DNA of 64,000 bases. Source: Trueperaceae bacterium (GTDB lineage Bacteria > Deinococcota > Deinococci > Deinococcales > Trueperaceae). Positions 40,340 through 51,505 of this stretch are shown here, piece after piece. A program made the position numbers and the translations under genes. The stretch is taken from assembly GCA_965213925.1 (NCBI GenBank), contig CBDCAM010000001.1, positions 32,001 through 96,000 of the forward strand, written 5' to 3'. Under the pieces are notes generated by a model. The model saw nothing but the letters and a program-made list of their open reading frames with translations, did not search any database and was not told where the DNA came from. Within the stretch, counting starts at the first letter, position 1, and every line of letters begins with the position of its first letter.

Positions 40340-41044
40340 TTAGGGCAGGAGTCGTTCGGTGGATACGCCCGGCCACCTCCTTTCACGCGAGAAGGCTTCA
40401 GCGTAGCGAACACCCGTTTGCAAGCCGCGATACTCAGCGACGATGCGCATCCAGTTAGCAAAATCGATGCCGCTGTGGTCTCTCATCCACTGAAGCTGGC
40501 TCTCGTGCTGAGACAACGCCTCTACTTTGGTACCATACTCCGTGGTTACGTCAACGTACCAGTCTGGGTCAGTTCCGAAGCCCCCTAAGGTGTCCATCAG
40601 GAACACTTCTGGGACTTTTTTCAGGGCTGGGTGCCCACTGTTTAGGTGCGGGATGGTCGCTAGGAAGGTCGCGGCAAACACCAGATGGTAAGTCGCACGG
40701 TGATCAGGGTGGTAGTCGCCGGGCGCGTGAGTTATTACGAGGTCGGGCTGGCGTTTTCGGACGACCTCCACGACCTTTTGCCGCGCCTCTTTACTTTCGG
40801 AAAATAACCATTCATCGGGGAAGTCGAGCCACTCGAAGTCGGCACCGATTACCTCGGACGCGCGGGCTGCCTCAGCTCTTCGCACGTTCCTCAGCTCTGC
40901 GGGCAGGATACTCACATGGCCCATGTTGCCGTTCGTAAGACACACCATGGTCACGGCGTCACCCCGGAGAACGCACTTATGAAGCGTCCCACCTGCCATA
41001 AGCTCGAGGTCATCGGGGTGAGCACCTAAAGCGAGGATTCGCAT
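40340..41044 (-). CDS. PIG-L/LmbE family Zn-dependent deacetylase
   Basis: GAHPDD.E..GGT, R.AEA, H...DYHPDH, K..AL..H.SQ, YRG.Q....AEAF. Confidence 0.92.
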   Translation of the reverse strand: MRILALGAHPDDLELMAGGTLHKCVLRGDAVTMVCLTNGNMGHVSILPAELRNVRRAEAARASEVIGADFEWLDFPDEWLFSESKEARQKVVEVVRKRQPDLVITHAPGDYHPDHRATYHLVFAATFLATIPHLNSGHPALKKVPEVFLMDTLGGFGTDPDWYVDVTTEYGTKVEALSQHESQLQWMRDHSGIDFANWMRIVAEYRGLQTGVRYAEAFSRERRWPGVSTERLLP

Positions 41045-41080
41045 CTGCGCCTCTCCGAAGTCATTGCGCTTCCCACTCCT

Positions 41081-41998
41081 TCACGCCATCTGAACGTCCA
41101 CGTTCGCCGCGACGCCTCCCAGGAGCGTGACCGTTGTTGGTGCTAGTTGAAGGATCGAACCTGGCACGAGGGTGTTGACCGGGCCGTGAAGCGCGAGCCT
41201 GGCAATAAAGCGCTGCCAAGAGATGCCCCCACCCAGGTAACCGTCCAGCCAAAACGAGCGCTCTTTGGCGCTCATGATTTCCGCGGGGCCGATAGTGTTC
41301 GCTTTGGGGGGAACCATAGACCAGTCGCCGCTGAATGAGTGTAGGGCGTTTTGCATGATAGTCATAGGGTGAAGTTCGACTAACCGAGCTCCCGCTTTTT
41401 TATAAGCTTCAAGGTCGTTCCCGAATTCAAGGCCAAGTTGGGGCTCCCAGAAGGCGATGTGCCCACCCCAGCCGACGCCTCCGTAGCAGACGTCGGCACC
41501 GCCAAGGTCGGTGATCATCTGGCTATAGTCGTCAATGACCTCTGCGGTCGGGAAATGGATCTGATCGGACGGGGGTTGGAGTTCGGGTTTGATCTTACCA
41601 AAGAATGAGCTGCGCATCGCGCGCTGAAAGGAGCCTGGCCACGAAACTGGTGCCGTATTGCCGTCCTCGTCAGCGTATTCGTCCATATTAAAGGAGACGA
41701 GGTGCTTGCAGTCGATCTGAAGCCGGTTGATCACTTCTGCCGCGAACTTATATTGCGGCATCGGACCTACGGGAAAGATCGCTACGAGCTTTTCTCCTCG
41801 CTCCCTAGACGCCTGTAACCGCTGGACGATGTCCATTGCGAACTGGAAGTAAAAGTCGGTAGGCTCCTCAACGATCCGTATGTTGAGGTCAGGGTTTGGA
41901 TGGTCGGAGATCCTCTCCTTCGAGATGCTCCGAACGTCATCACACACCTGTTTGTCACGGTAGGTGATGAAATCGGCGAGCTTGTAGTCAAAAGCCAT
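41081..41998 (-). CDS. NagB-like glucosamine-6-phosphate deaminase/isomerase family protein (divergent)
   Basis: PVGP..QY, FNMDEY, GG.D.C.GG.G..GHIAF.EP, P..A.TIG, P.S.LQ. Confidence 0.75.
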   Translation of the reverse strand: MAFDYKLADFITYRDKQVCDDVRSISKERISDHPNPDLNIRIVEEPTDFYFQFAMDIVQRLQASRERGEKLVAIFPVGPMPQYKFAAEVINRLQIDCKHLVSFNMDEYADEDGNTAPVSWPGSFQRAMRSSFFGKIKPELQPPSDQIHFPTAEVIDDYSQMITDLGGADVCYGGVGWGGHIAFWEPQLGLEFGNDLEAYKKAGARLVELHPMTIMQNALHSFSGDWSMVPPKANTIGPAEIMSAKERSFWLDGYLGGGISWQRFIARLALHGPVNTLVPGSILQLAPTTVTLLGGVAANVDVQMA

Positions 41999-42019
41999 AA
42001 AAACCTCCAGGCGGCGGGA

Positions 42020-43234
42020 TCAGGGGACGCGGCCCTGGGTTGAAACTGCATCATTCATCCGGCGTTGGGCCTCACCGAGCGCCACCGAGACCGCCCCTTG
42101 CAGAACCGCGTCCTGCCCAAGCGAAGAGATGTCGATAATTGGCAAGCGTGGTGCCAACCTCCCCACGACCTCTGTGATAACCGAACGCGACAACTCTGGC
42201 AGGAGGGTGGCGTCCCCGCCAATGACGATCAGCTCCGGGTCAAGCATGCTCACGATGTTCGCTGTCGCAACTCCACACAATGTAAGCGCCTCTTCGATGA
42301 CCTCTAACGCCTTCTCGTTACCGCCCTTCGCAGAAAGGTAGAGGTCCTCGAGAGAGGGCTCTTCCTCGCCTGCATTTCTTGCCGTGAAAGCTCCTCCTTC
42401 ACAGGCTTTGCTCAGCAAACTTTTGCCACCAGCGAGAACTTCTAAATGTCCGAGCCCGCCAGCTTCTCGATGCGAAAAGGCATGAGTAAAGGCCATGAAG
42501 CCAACCTCACCGGAGATCCCGGTGTGGCCGGTAAATAGGTCCCCGTTGATAATCAGCCCGGCACCGATGCCTTTACGAAAGCTCAAAAAGACGAAGTTTT
42601 TGTAGCCCTGCCCTACGCCCAGGGTGTGTTCACCTATCGCGGCGAGGTTGATATCGTTCTCTATCAAAATGCTCACGTCGATAAAAGTCTCGGCGAGACG
42701 CTGTTTGAGCGGGAAGTTCTGCCAGCCAGTGATGTTAGGGGCGTCTTGCACAATGCCCTTTTTTTTATCGATTGTTCCGGCTACCCCAACGGCAATGGCT
42801 GAGAGTTGTTGCGAGGGAACTTTAGCCTCGCCCAGTGTTTTAGCAATCGCCTTCACCAGCTGCGCGACCGCGCGCTCTCTTCCTTGACGACTTTGCGTTG
42901 GCACCCGGGACGTGGCTAAAATTTGTCCTCGTAAGTTAGCTAGGGCAGTGCGGATGTACTCCTCGCCGACGTCCACACCAACCACGTAAGCGCTGCCCGG
43001 GTTGAACTTGAGGAGACTTGCGGGTCGACCGGGCCCCACGGGGCTTTGGCGTGAGCTAACCAATAGCCCCTCATGGACGAGCTGATTTACCAAGCGATTG
43101 ACCGTTGGGACTGAAAGACCCGTGATGCGAGAGATTGCAGAGCGAGTGACTTGCCCTTCATCCCATATAATCGAGAGGATCTTTGTCGCATTTCGCTCAC
43201 GTAGGCTTTCGACTGTCCCGGATCCCACAGCCAA
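42020..43234 (-). CDS. ROK family transcriptional regulator
   Basis: N-terminal HTH (R..I...TGLS.PTV), GVDVG, ENDINLAAIGE, GIGAG, GEVG, G.LE, IVIGG. Confidence 0.93.
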   Translation of the reverse strand: MAVGSGTVESLRERNATKILSIIWDEGQVTRSAISRITGLSVPTVNRLVNQLVHEGLLVSSRQSPVGPGRPASLLKFNPGSAYVVGVDVGEEYIRTALANLRGQILATSRVPTQSRQGRERAVAQLVKAIAKTLGEAKVPSQQLSAIAVGVAGTIDKKKGIVQDAPNITGWQNFPLKQRLAETFIDVSILIENDINLAAIGEHTLGVGQGYKNFVFLSFRKGIGAGLIINGDLFTGHTGISGEVGFMAFTHAFSHREAGGLGHLEVLAGGKSLLSKACEGGAFTARNAGEEEPSLEDLYLSAKGGNEKALEVIEEALTLCGVATANIVSMLDPELIVIGGDATLLPELSRSVITEVVGRLAPRLPIIDISSLGQDAVLQGAVSVALGEAQRRMNDAVSTQGRVP

Positions 43235-43254
43235 GTCCCTTCATAAATCGCGTT

Positions 43255-43315
43255 ATTTTCGCTTAGACCGAAAATTATCAACATAGATTCTACTACTCTT
43301 CGGAGTGGGACGCAA
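43255..43315 (-). promoter_or_regulatory. Promoter and putative ROK operator for the ROK operon
   Basis: Minus strand TTGCGT-17 nt-TAGAAT (43315-43287); palindrome ATTTTCG-N7-CGAAAAT at 43255-43275. Confidence 0.6.
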
Positions 43316-43327
43316 TGCCTTTATCTC

Positions 43328-43615
43328 CTAAGTACACGACAAAAGCCGAAAGCAGTGGTCCAGGTCAGGCTTTTTGGTTGCCGAGTTGGTGAGTAGATGC
43401 CTGAGGTGATCTAAGCCCGCGCGGAACAAAGACTTCTGCCTACGCCCGTGCGACTTTAGCCGCACAGGTTTGAGTTGTTGATGAACGAACTCGCCGACTT
43501 TCAAGGCCCATAAGAAAGCCAGAGTGACAACGACCAGCAGGGTGCTGATGCGCTCTAGGTACTTGAGATGCGTTGCTTCAAAATCGAAGCCGCTGCTTTT
43601 TAAGGCTTTAAACAG
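43328..43615 (-). mobile_element. IS4-family transposase C-terminal remnant with its right end
   Basis: LFKALKSSGFDFEATHL...R...L....LAF.W, K.HGR..KSLFR.GLD.L, ending LSCT*; catalytic region missing. Confidence 0.8.
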
Positions 43616-46550
43616 ATGGGTAGAGCGTCGATGAGCTCGCCAGCCACGCACTGCATCGCGTGAAACTCGAGGTAGTGCTGCAGGTTCTCCAGCACGGGGA
43701 TGTGACCGTGTCGGGTCGACGCCAGCATGGCGTTGCGCTCGTCACGAAGCTCGCGGGGGTCGTCCCACCAAGCTTTGTCGGTTCGCCCCCAGCTGTCTAC
43801 CACCCAGCGCTCGGCACGCCAGGCCACCTCCTGCGCGGTTTGATGAAAGACCCGCCCGAGTGGGGCGAACCAGTAGGGCATGGTGTCCATCGAGTCGAAG
43901 GTGTACCGGCGCCCCTCACGGCTGAAATCCCACTCGTCGCCCCCGCGCCAATAAGGAGACTCGTAGGGGTAGCGGCAGGCGAGGGGTGTGTTGCTTTGCC
44001 TCAGCTGTCCCACCTCCTCGGCCGACAGTCGGCTAGGGTCTTCCTGCGCCAAGCGGAGGACTGCCCGCTTAGCTAGTTCCCGCACTTGAGCATGCGGAAA
44101 GCTAGTTGACAGCGCATGTTATTTTAATGTACCGACGTGCCGGAGCATCAAAGCGGGTTGTTCGTCGGCAAGGCGTTGTAGGAGAAGGAACAACCATACG
44201 CGCGCCGACATCCAGTAGAACTCCAAGTGTGAAGAGCGGAACGCTCCGGCAGACTGGGTGTCGGCCAACCGAACTAGCTCGTCCAGCAAGGACCCGTTAG
44301 GAAGGTTGATGAGGTAGCGCGCAGCGTGAAGTGCCCGCCAGCGGACGCGTCTATCGTAGTGGCCAAAGAGGGAGAACAAAAACGTCGCCAAGATTTCAGG
44401 AACCTCGTCAGGGAGTGCCGTGTTTGGTGGTATCCAAGCACTAAGGTCCAGCTGCGCTTCCGTGCGCGCGAACGACCAGGCCAGAGCCCGCTGCAATTCC
44501 GGTCCGGCGGTTGACCGGCCGAGAGCTTTAGCAAGAACGTAAAGGGCCTCGGGGCTGAGCGAGTCGAGGTGCTCTACGACCGCAGGTAGCAGCAGACGGG
44601 CGCGAGATCCGGCCGCTGCATGCGGCAGTGTGAGCACCGCTTCGAGCTGCGCTTCGGCGTTATACCCATATGCCATAACGGCAGGAAGATGGCGCTTGAG
44701 GAAGGTGCCGATGCCGTCCAGCGCCCATTCCCGGATGGATGGACTATTGCGCCACGACCTTAGCGCTGAATCGAGTGCAGTGAGCACAGCGGGCATGCGG
44801 ATTCGGTTCTCGATCTCATCCTCGGTCATGTCCGTAAGCAAGCTAAGAAAATCGATGCGCCGCGACGGGGCTAGGGAGCGCGCCAGCATGGTTAAATATC
44901 GGTCCACCGTCGAGTCGTAGGTGAGGTGCCGAAGCTGTCGTACGGCTTCGTCAAGGTCCGCGAGGTCGCCCCGGCGAGCACTGTCTAGAAACTTTTGGAC
45001 TGTCGCCTCAGCTTCCTGGTCCTGCTTTTGAAGGCTTAGCCGTTCAGCGCGTTCCGGGTCAGGAGGAAAGTTCTCGACGAAAGATGACAGGTCGCGCAGT
45101 TCTTGTACACCCTCTAGCGAGCCCTGTCGGTTCGCTTCGGTCCAGGCAAGAACTCGGTCGGCCGCGGCTTTGCGTTGGCGTAGGGGCACATCGCGGCGGA
45201 TCCAGCGGCTTACCGTCTGCATGGCGCTGTTGAGCCGTGGACGGTCGCGTGAACGGCTGGCGAGCAGGGAACCTAGAACAACAACCGCATCCGTGGAAAC
45301 GTCGAAATGTTCGCCAGCAAGCCGAAGGAGCCCGAGGTGCTCGAGCGGGCTCACGATTCCCCTTTCTGCCGAAGTGCGCACCACCGGCAGGACGCCGTCA
45401 GCCAGATTGATCTTGTCCTCGTCGTCCCAGCGGCTACACAGCGCGAAGCCGGCCGCGGGGTCCAGCCGCGTCGCCGCGCCGAGCGCCTCTTCCCAGGGAA
45501 GCACCGACTTCGCCGACACGAAACGCTCGTGGGCCTCGACGACCCGCGCGAGCCGGGCGGCAAGCTCGCGCCCCCGGCCCCTCGGCAGGTCGGGGGACAG
45601 CGTCGAGGCGAAGTGGGCTTGGACGCTGAGGAGCAAGGCGCTGTCGTCGTCAATCCCCTCCGCGGCGGTGAGGCTGCGGCGGTAAAAGTCCCTGGACAGC
45701 CCTTCGTCGTACGGCTGCGTAACCCTAGCACAATCAAGGAGCGCCTCCCACCGGTCGCGGCCGGGGTACGGCCGCTCCTCCAAACACTGGGCGGAGCGTT
45801 CTGTCAGGGAAAAGCCGACTAGTCGGTACGCAGCGTGAGGCAAAAGCTTCTCACCGAGCTTGATCCAGAGCCACGGTGCCCCATCCCGTCGTATGCGGCT
45901 CGCAGCGTCCGCGATCTCCTCGAGGAGGGGTTCGGCATCCCCTTCGCAGCGGACGAGAACGTCGCATACGCGCTCCGCCCAGAGCGAGAAGGAGCCGTCG
46001 AACTTGAACCAGCGATGGTCACTCCTGTCCGTGCGCCGCTCCAGATCTCGCCGGATCGGCCCCTCAACGTCCTCCAACTTGTACGACTTCACAAAGCTCT
46101 GAGCACGTAAGATGTAGACCTGCAGAAGTTCACCGACGTGGTCCCGGAAGCGCCGACGCTCGGATTCGTAACGGTCGTACCCCCCCGGCTCCTCTCTCTT
46201 GCGGTACTTTTCGGGTATCAAATCGTCTAAAATGGGGGTGGCGTCCTCTAGAGCCGCCTTTAGGCACACCGCGCGGAGGGGCAAGTCGTAATACCCCGAC
46301 TCCATGCCGGTGCCAGGGACAAAATCGGGCATAGCCGGGCAGAGGGTGCCAACGAGATACGCGACGCTCGAGTGCGCGACGCCGCTCAAGGTGGCAAGCT
46401 CGCAGAACGCCGGTGCCCAGCCGAGCGCCTCCTCCGCGGGTCGCTCCTTATTCCGCTGTACGTACTGCTCCAAGCGCAAAGCGATGCTTTGAACGAGGGC
46501 CGGAGTCAGTGTCCAACCAGCCTTCCAGAGCGCGGTGATAAATGCCGCTC

Positions 46551-47838
46551 TGAAGTGGACCCCTTTGTCAAGACACGGTTCGGGCTTGTTCTAAGCTACA
46601 CTCCCTCCCTTCGGTGAGTGCTTGGTGAGCGTCGGTAGTCGTGTCGGTGGTGGTCGTGTCGGTCTGCTGGGCTGATCCAAAGTACACCTCCGCCGGGGTC
46701 TGGTAGCCGAGCGACTGATGCAGGCGCTCGTGGTTGTAGAAGTCTAAGTAGCGGCTGATGCCTGTTCTTGCTTCCTTGGGGGTTTGGTAGTCGTGCAGGT
46801 AGACCTCCTCATATTTGAGACTGCGCCACAGCCTCTCGGTAAAGACGTTGTCGCTCGCCCTTCCCTTACCGTCCATGCTGACCCGCACTTCGGCACTACG
46901 GAGGAGCTCGAGATAAGCAGGGCTGGTGAACTGGCTCCCCTGGTCGCTGTTGGGAATGTCGGGTTTGGCCTTGGTGAACGCCTTGGCTACAGCGGTCAGG
47001 ACGAAAGCCAGCTCTAAACTGTCATCAAGTTCCCAGGCGACGACGTACCTGGAGAACCAGTCGAGCACCGCCACCAGATACAGCCAACCGCGGGCAAGGC
47101 GGATGTAGGTGATGTCAATACCCCAGACCCTATTCGGCTCGTTAATCGCTAGACCTCTTAACAGGTAAGGATAGACCTGGTGCTCAGCACGGCGTTTGCT
47201 CAGGTTCGGCCCCGGTGTAATGCCAGCAATGCCCATCTCCCGCATGTGCCGCTGGACGGCTTTGCGGTTCAGCCGCCAGCCCTCCCTTCGTAGGGTGGCG
47301 GTGATGCGGCGCGAGCCGTAGAAAGGGCGCAGCGTATAGAGTTCGTCGATGCGATGTTTTAGCGCGACTTCCTCGGGTGAGGGAGCAAGCGGCTGGTAGT
47401 ACAGACCTGAGCGGTTCAGGCCCAACAACTCCGCTTGGCTTCTAACGGGCATCGTCTGGTCGTCCCAATCAACGAGCGTGAGGCGTTCGGGTCTAGTCAA
47501 CATCAAAACTTTTTTTTTTGAGCCACGCCAGCTGCGTGCTCAAGCGCCCGATCTCGGTGTAGAGTTCTTCAATCTTCTGCTCCGCGGCTTCTTGAGCGGC
47601 TTTAGCGTCTCTGTCCCTCTCGAACACCCCCGGCAAGCCCGCCACCACCTGTTTCTTCCAGCGGTGCAGCATGGTGGGGTGTACCCCGTAAGTAGAGGCG
47701 AGTTCGGATACGGTCTTTTCCTCTTTGAGCATTTCCAGCACCAGTTGCGCCTTGAAGCTGCTTGAACGGTTCTTTCTCATCTTCTAGGTGTAGCTTAGCC
47801 CCTGCCCTTTTTGTGTCCGGTTTCTTGGGTCCACTATA
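46551..47838 (-). mobile_element. IS3-family insertion sequence, 1288 bp
   Basis: Imperfect IRs TGAAGTGGACCC...GACAC / TATAGTGGACCC...GACAC; CTC target duplication at 46548-46550 and 47839-47841; removing it restores the host reading frame. Confidence 0.93.
46568..47780 (-). CDS. IS3-family transposase OrfA/OrfB joined by a -1 frameshift
   Basis: OrfA 47493-47780 (HTH, WLKKKS); A10 slippery run at 47510-47519; OrfB rve core WGIDITY, SDQGSQF, ERLWRSLKYE. Confidence 0.93.
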
Positions 47839-48560
47839 CTCCTCCCCAAGGAAGCTCTTGATCTAGCGATAGCCGGTCCTCTAACTCTGCGAGGTCGCGT
47901 TGCGAAGCCAGCGCGGTTGCAACGTGCGGTAAGACCTCAAAAACGAAGCTTCGGGGACGCCAACGCTTAAGCAGCTTCTTAGCTTCTTCTGGGCCTTTAA
48001 GATAAAAGGTCGCAATGACGCTGCTGGCGGCGTCCTCGGCATCTAATCGCCAGTTGTGCGTCTCATTTTCGGGAAGCGTTTCACGCCGCCTCACCCACGC
48101 CCAAGCCATCCGCAGCTGCTCGTCCGCACGGTCGTGCTGCTCCGGGTCGCGGGCGTAGAGCGCTGCCGTACGGAAGTGAACGGACCCGTGCCAGGGTTCT
48201 TCTTGCGCGTAAAGACGTGCCACCGTCCGAGGGTCGCCGTAGCGGAACGCCAGCTCGGGGCGTTATCATCGCCATGGTCTAAGGGATCAACACCTTCCAT
48301 GAGGACTTTGGTGAGGCCGCTATGGGGCTTTAGCAGGTCGAGCGCGCGGCGCGCGGCCCAGAGGATGTGAAAGTCGTCCCCGGCGTTGGACTCGCGAACG
48401 CCCGGGTCGGTGCGGAGCCGATGGCGGGTCATCACCGCGGGCACGCCTCCTCACTGCCTGAAATAAGGTATCTCTCCCTAGCTGAGCAGGCTAGACCCTT
48501 GCCGACAAAAGTCGCTGCCGCCTTCTCACGTGGGCTAGAGACCGGAAGAGGCACAGAACT

Positions 48561-49207
48561 CTACCGAAACTGCTTGCCTCGGTCGTACGTGTTCAGAAGC
48601 TCGCGCGCGAACTCGTACTCGGATGCGAGGTGAGTTGCTGCGTCCTCTGACCAGCCTTCCTCGATCAAGAACCGGCGCAGCAAGTCCGCACCAAAATCCG
48701 ACTGGTCCTTATGGGCAACAACCAGAAACTGCATCCACCGCTCCTGGTCCGACGGGTGACTACCCCATGTTGACTTGTTGGCCGACGCCGAGAACGTTCT
48801 CAGAAGGCGCGCGGCCTCGGCCGAGAGTACGTCTTCAGGTTCCACCTGCGGTTTGGTAAGCTCCACCGATATGCCGAGCTCATCCGCAACAGGTCGAACG
48901 AGCCGATGGCAGAACTCGTTCAGGATGCCGTTGTACTCGTCGTAGGCAAGTTCACTGGACTCTGTAGGGACGACGTTCGTCACGTGCCATCGCCCCACCT
49001 CAGCTTCTGCGACAGCGACAAGAGCTCCCGGAAGCGCAGCGTCGGCTTGCCGAACGAAAAGGTACATGCTCTCGCCGAACTGCTGTGAGTCCTGTTCCCT
49101 AACTTGGTCGCGTGACCAGGTTGCTACAGTCGCTCTGCGAGCTCAGCAAAGAATATATCAGGAGAATTGGCACCTAAGTTGATGTAAAGGTCTTGGTGGA
49201 TCTTCAT
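48561..49207 (-). pseudogene. Conserved-looking hypothetical protein upstream of the Avs3-like gene, frameshifted near 49125
   Basis: GAGGGAG RBS and ATG 49207 (MKIHQDLYI...) run out of frame with ATWSRD...V.NVVP...EYN.IL..F...ANKST..SHP.D.ERW; 48561-49067 is open. Confidence 0.55.
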
Positions 49208-49286
49208 GCTTTTCTCCCTCACGGGCTGCCCTTAAGTCGCCTAGCTAGTTGTCTGTACGTCTTGATGTCTTTGAACACTTTGTAGG

Positions 49287-50118
49287 GGCTCCGTCAAGTT
49301 ATTCTGGGTGGGGTACGGAAAGCTTACGACAGCCCGCCGTGGCAGCCGCGTTCACAGGATTTCTAAGGGACAGAAAGCGACAGCTCCGCCCATATGCCGA
49401 AGCCACGGGTCAGGTGATGGCGCCGCGTACCAGCAGAGACGCCTGCACGGGTCGGGCGGAACAGGTTGCCGACTTCGGCATGGGTGAAAAGAAAGCGTTG
49501 AGCGCAGCGCAAGCTCCTGAAGCCTCGCTGCTGCCGCTCCTGCTCGCGGGTAGGCCGGTGCGACTGCTCAACGAGGTTGTTCTGGCGCTTCTGCGCCGAA
49601 ACGGTGAGGTGGTCAGCCGCGCCCAGCTCGGGCAGCTCTTCGAGCGCCGCGCCGTAGCTCCTAAGGCCGTCGGTGATAACGCGCTCCGGAAGCCCTTGGT
49701 CCTCGATCAACCGCCGGAAGAAGCGCTTGGCCGCACCCGTATCACGATGCTCTTGGAGCAGCACGTCCAGCACCTCGTCATGCTCATTCACGGCCCGCCA
49801 CAGCCAGTGAACCGTTCCCCCTACGACCACCCGCATCTCGTCCAGATGCCAGCTCCGACCCCGCCGCAGCTTACGGTGGTGTAAGGCTTCGGCTAAGTCG
49901 GGGCCAAAGCGACCACACCAGGCCCGCACCGTCTCGTGGCTGACGTCGATGCCGCGCTCGAACAGCAGTTCCTGCACGTCGCGGTAGGAAAGCAAGAAGC
50001 GGTGATAGAGATAGACCGCGTAGGAGATGACCGCCTTGGGGAAACGATAGCCTTTGGGATATTCGGACGCGTCAGACACCCCGGTAGCCTACCTTAGTGG
50101 GAGTAACTTGACGGAGCC
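49287..50118 (-). mobile_element. IS6-family insertion sequence (second, non-identical), 832 bp
   Basis: 15-bp perfect IRs GGCTCCGTCAAGTTA at 49287-49301 and 50104-50118; no target duplication. Confidence 0.93.
49363..50079 (-). CDS. IS6-family transposase
   Basis: Same motifs as 31120-31836: WHLDE, ITDG, NNLVEQSHR. Confidence 0.95.
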   Translation of the reverse strand: MSDASEYPKGYRFPKAVISYAVYLYHRFLLSYRDVQELLFERGIDVSHETVRAWCGRFGPDLAEALHHRKLRRGRSWHLDEMRVVVGGTVHWLWRAVNEHDEVLDVLLQEHRDTGAAKRFFRRLIEDQGLPERVITDGLRSYGAALEELPELGAADHLTVSAQKRQNNLVEQSHRPTREQERQQRGFRSLRCAQRFLFTHAEVGNLFRPTRAGVSAGTRRHHLTRGFGIWAELSLSVP

Positions 50119-50833
50119 GGTAGAGACCCGTCTCCTCGCGGAGTTCGAAGTCGAACTCGACGGGAAAGGCGTTGGAGTAACGCCGGTAGCCGAGGGGTTG
50201 TTTCGGCAGCAGCACCTCGCTCGGGAAGCCGTTCCCGACCGTGGACACTTCATAGCTGACCGTCTCAAGCTCGATGTTCGGGAAAACGACGACGCGGTAC
50301 GCTCCGTAGCCGACCTCTCCCCTGGAGAGCGAGAGCGGGACGTACACCTCGCGGGTCACCTCGCCGAAGTCGACGGGGAGCGACGCGGTCACCCCGATGT
50401 CGTCGCCATTTAACGACAGCGCCCGCAGCACTTCGGTTTTCCAAGAAAACGAGCCGCTCCCGAGCGGCTTCTGGGTGTCCATCCGGTAGTAGACGCGGTA
50501 GACGTTGCTTCCGCCCGCAGGTTGAGGGGCGGGTTTTCCAGACCAGCCAGAGCAGGCACGGCGTCAATGTCGTCGGTGCTCCAAGAGAGGCGGAGGTCGC
50601 CTCCCTCCTCGTCACCGAAATCGTACTGCCGGGTGAACGAAGTCAACGTGGCGACATAGCCGGATACTTCCTTCACATAGAGGCCCTCGCAACGCCGCCC
50701 CTCTTCCCTATCTCGATAGCGATTCCCGTCTTCCCTCCTCAACGACGAGATTAGGCTCACAGAAAGACTCGGGGTTCTGGGAGAGGGCTGCGGACGCTGT
50801 CAAGAAAACGGTTACCACAAGAAGACGTACCAA
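50119..50833 (-). pseudogene. Exported hypothetical protein, two frameshifts, 3' end removed at IS6
   Basis: GGAGG RBS, TTG 50833, signal peptide VRLLVVTVFLTASAALS, then RCEGLY...VS and YYRMD...W...VL segments in different frames. Confidence 0.5.
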
Positions 50834-51133
50834 CCTCTTTTCCTCCTTCCCTTTCCCGCCACGCGTGTCCTGACTCAATAGTACCGGTGAACCGCACCGT
50901 TGTCATCCTGGCGCGTCTCACCGCCACGAGTTCTCAGCCTAGCGAAACGCCCAAAGAGGCCAATACGGGCGTGAGGCTCCCGCGATCTCCGGCGGCGGAA
51001 TGTGGCGCCGAAACAGGCACAACAACTCGAGGACGTGCCGTGGCTGCCGCACGGGGCGACCCCTTCGGCTGACAGGCTCGAGCGCCCTCATCTGCTATCC
51101 TATCGGACACTTATGGCTGACAAAGAGGCAAGT

Positions 51134-51496
51134 ATGACTGACGAAGAGATAAGGGAGTTGGAAAGTCTCACGGAACCAGGACGCGCGAACTTAGCCGGAT
51201 TCGCGACCGCGAGGGCCGCGCCCCTGCCGCGCCGGGACGCGGCTATCCTTCACGCCTTGCAAGCGCTCGGCGTCACGGCCCATCACACCGCCACCCTCGA
51301 CACGTTGAGGGAATTCGCGCGCGCCAGGGAGGCCGTCGGCGTCCTTTATGACGAGTTCGGCGACGCGCTCGGCGCCTTCCTCAACCAGCCGCTGGCCGAC
51401 TACAGCGGCAAAAGCGTAGCCGACCTTGTGGCCGAACACGGGGTGCGCGCCCTCGAAGCAGTGAGGTCGGACATCGAATACCCCGTGCCCGCCTAA
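51134..51496 (+). CDS. Xre/MbcA/ParS-type antitoxin (alternative start 51113)
   Basis: C-terminal FLNQP....GKS..DL.....V matches the toxin-binding domain; lies directly upstream of a RES gene. Confidence 0.6.
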   Translation: MTDEEIRELESLTEPGRANLAGFATARAAPLPRRDAAILHALQALGVTAHHTATLDTLREFARAREAVGVLYDEFGDALGAFLNQPLADYSGKSVADLVAEHGVRALEAVRSDIEYPVPA

Positions 51497-51505
51497 GCCA
51501 GGGGA

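Larger units (their letters stand above)
43616..48435 (-). pseudogene. AVAST type 3 (Avs3a)-like anti-phage nuclease-STAND protein, multiply inactivated
   Basis: N-terminus VRESNAGDDFHILWAARRALDLL....V.MEG resembles the Avs3a nuclease start; C-terminal motifs SRW.D, RW.A.H, F.S..L.FY...AR.W, PH, YWF.PLG..F, YL.FHAM..VAG.L. Lesions: out-of-frame deletion near 48258, IS3 insertion, TAA at 44119-44121, truncation at about 43616. Confidence 0.65.

Noticed and set aside
44119..46479. Stand-alone 786-aa protein
   Set aside because: It is an internal segment of the larger disrupted gene; the frame continues across the IS3 site and past the TAA
31043..50118. Single recent IS6 composite transposon
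   Set aside because: The two elements differ in IR and transposase sequence, and no flanking duplication exists
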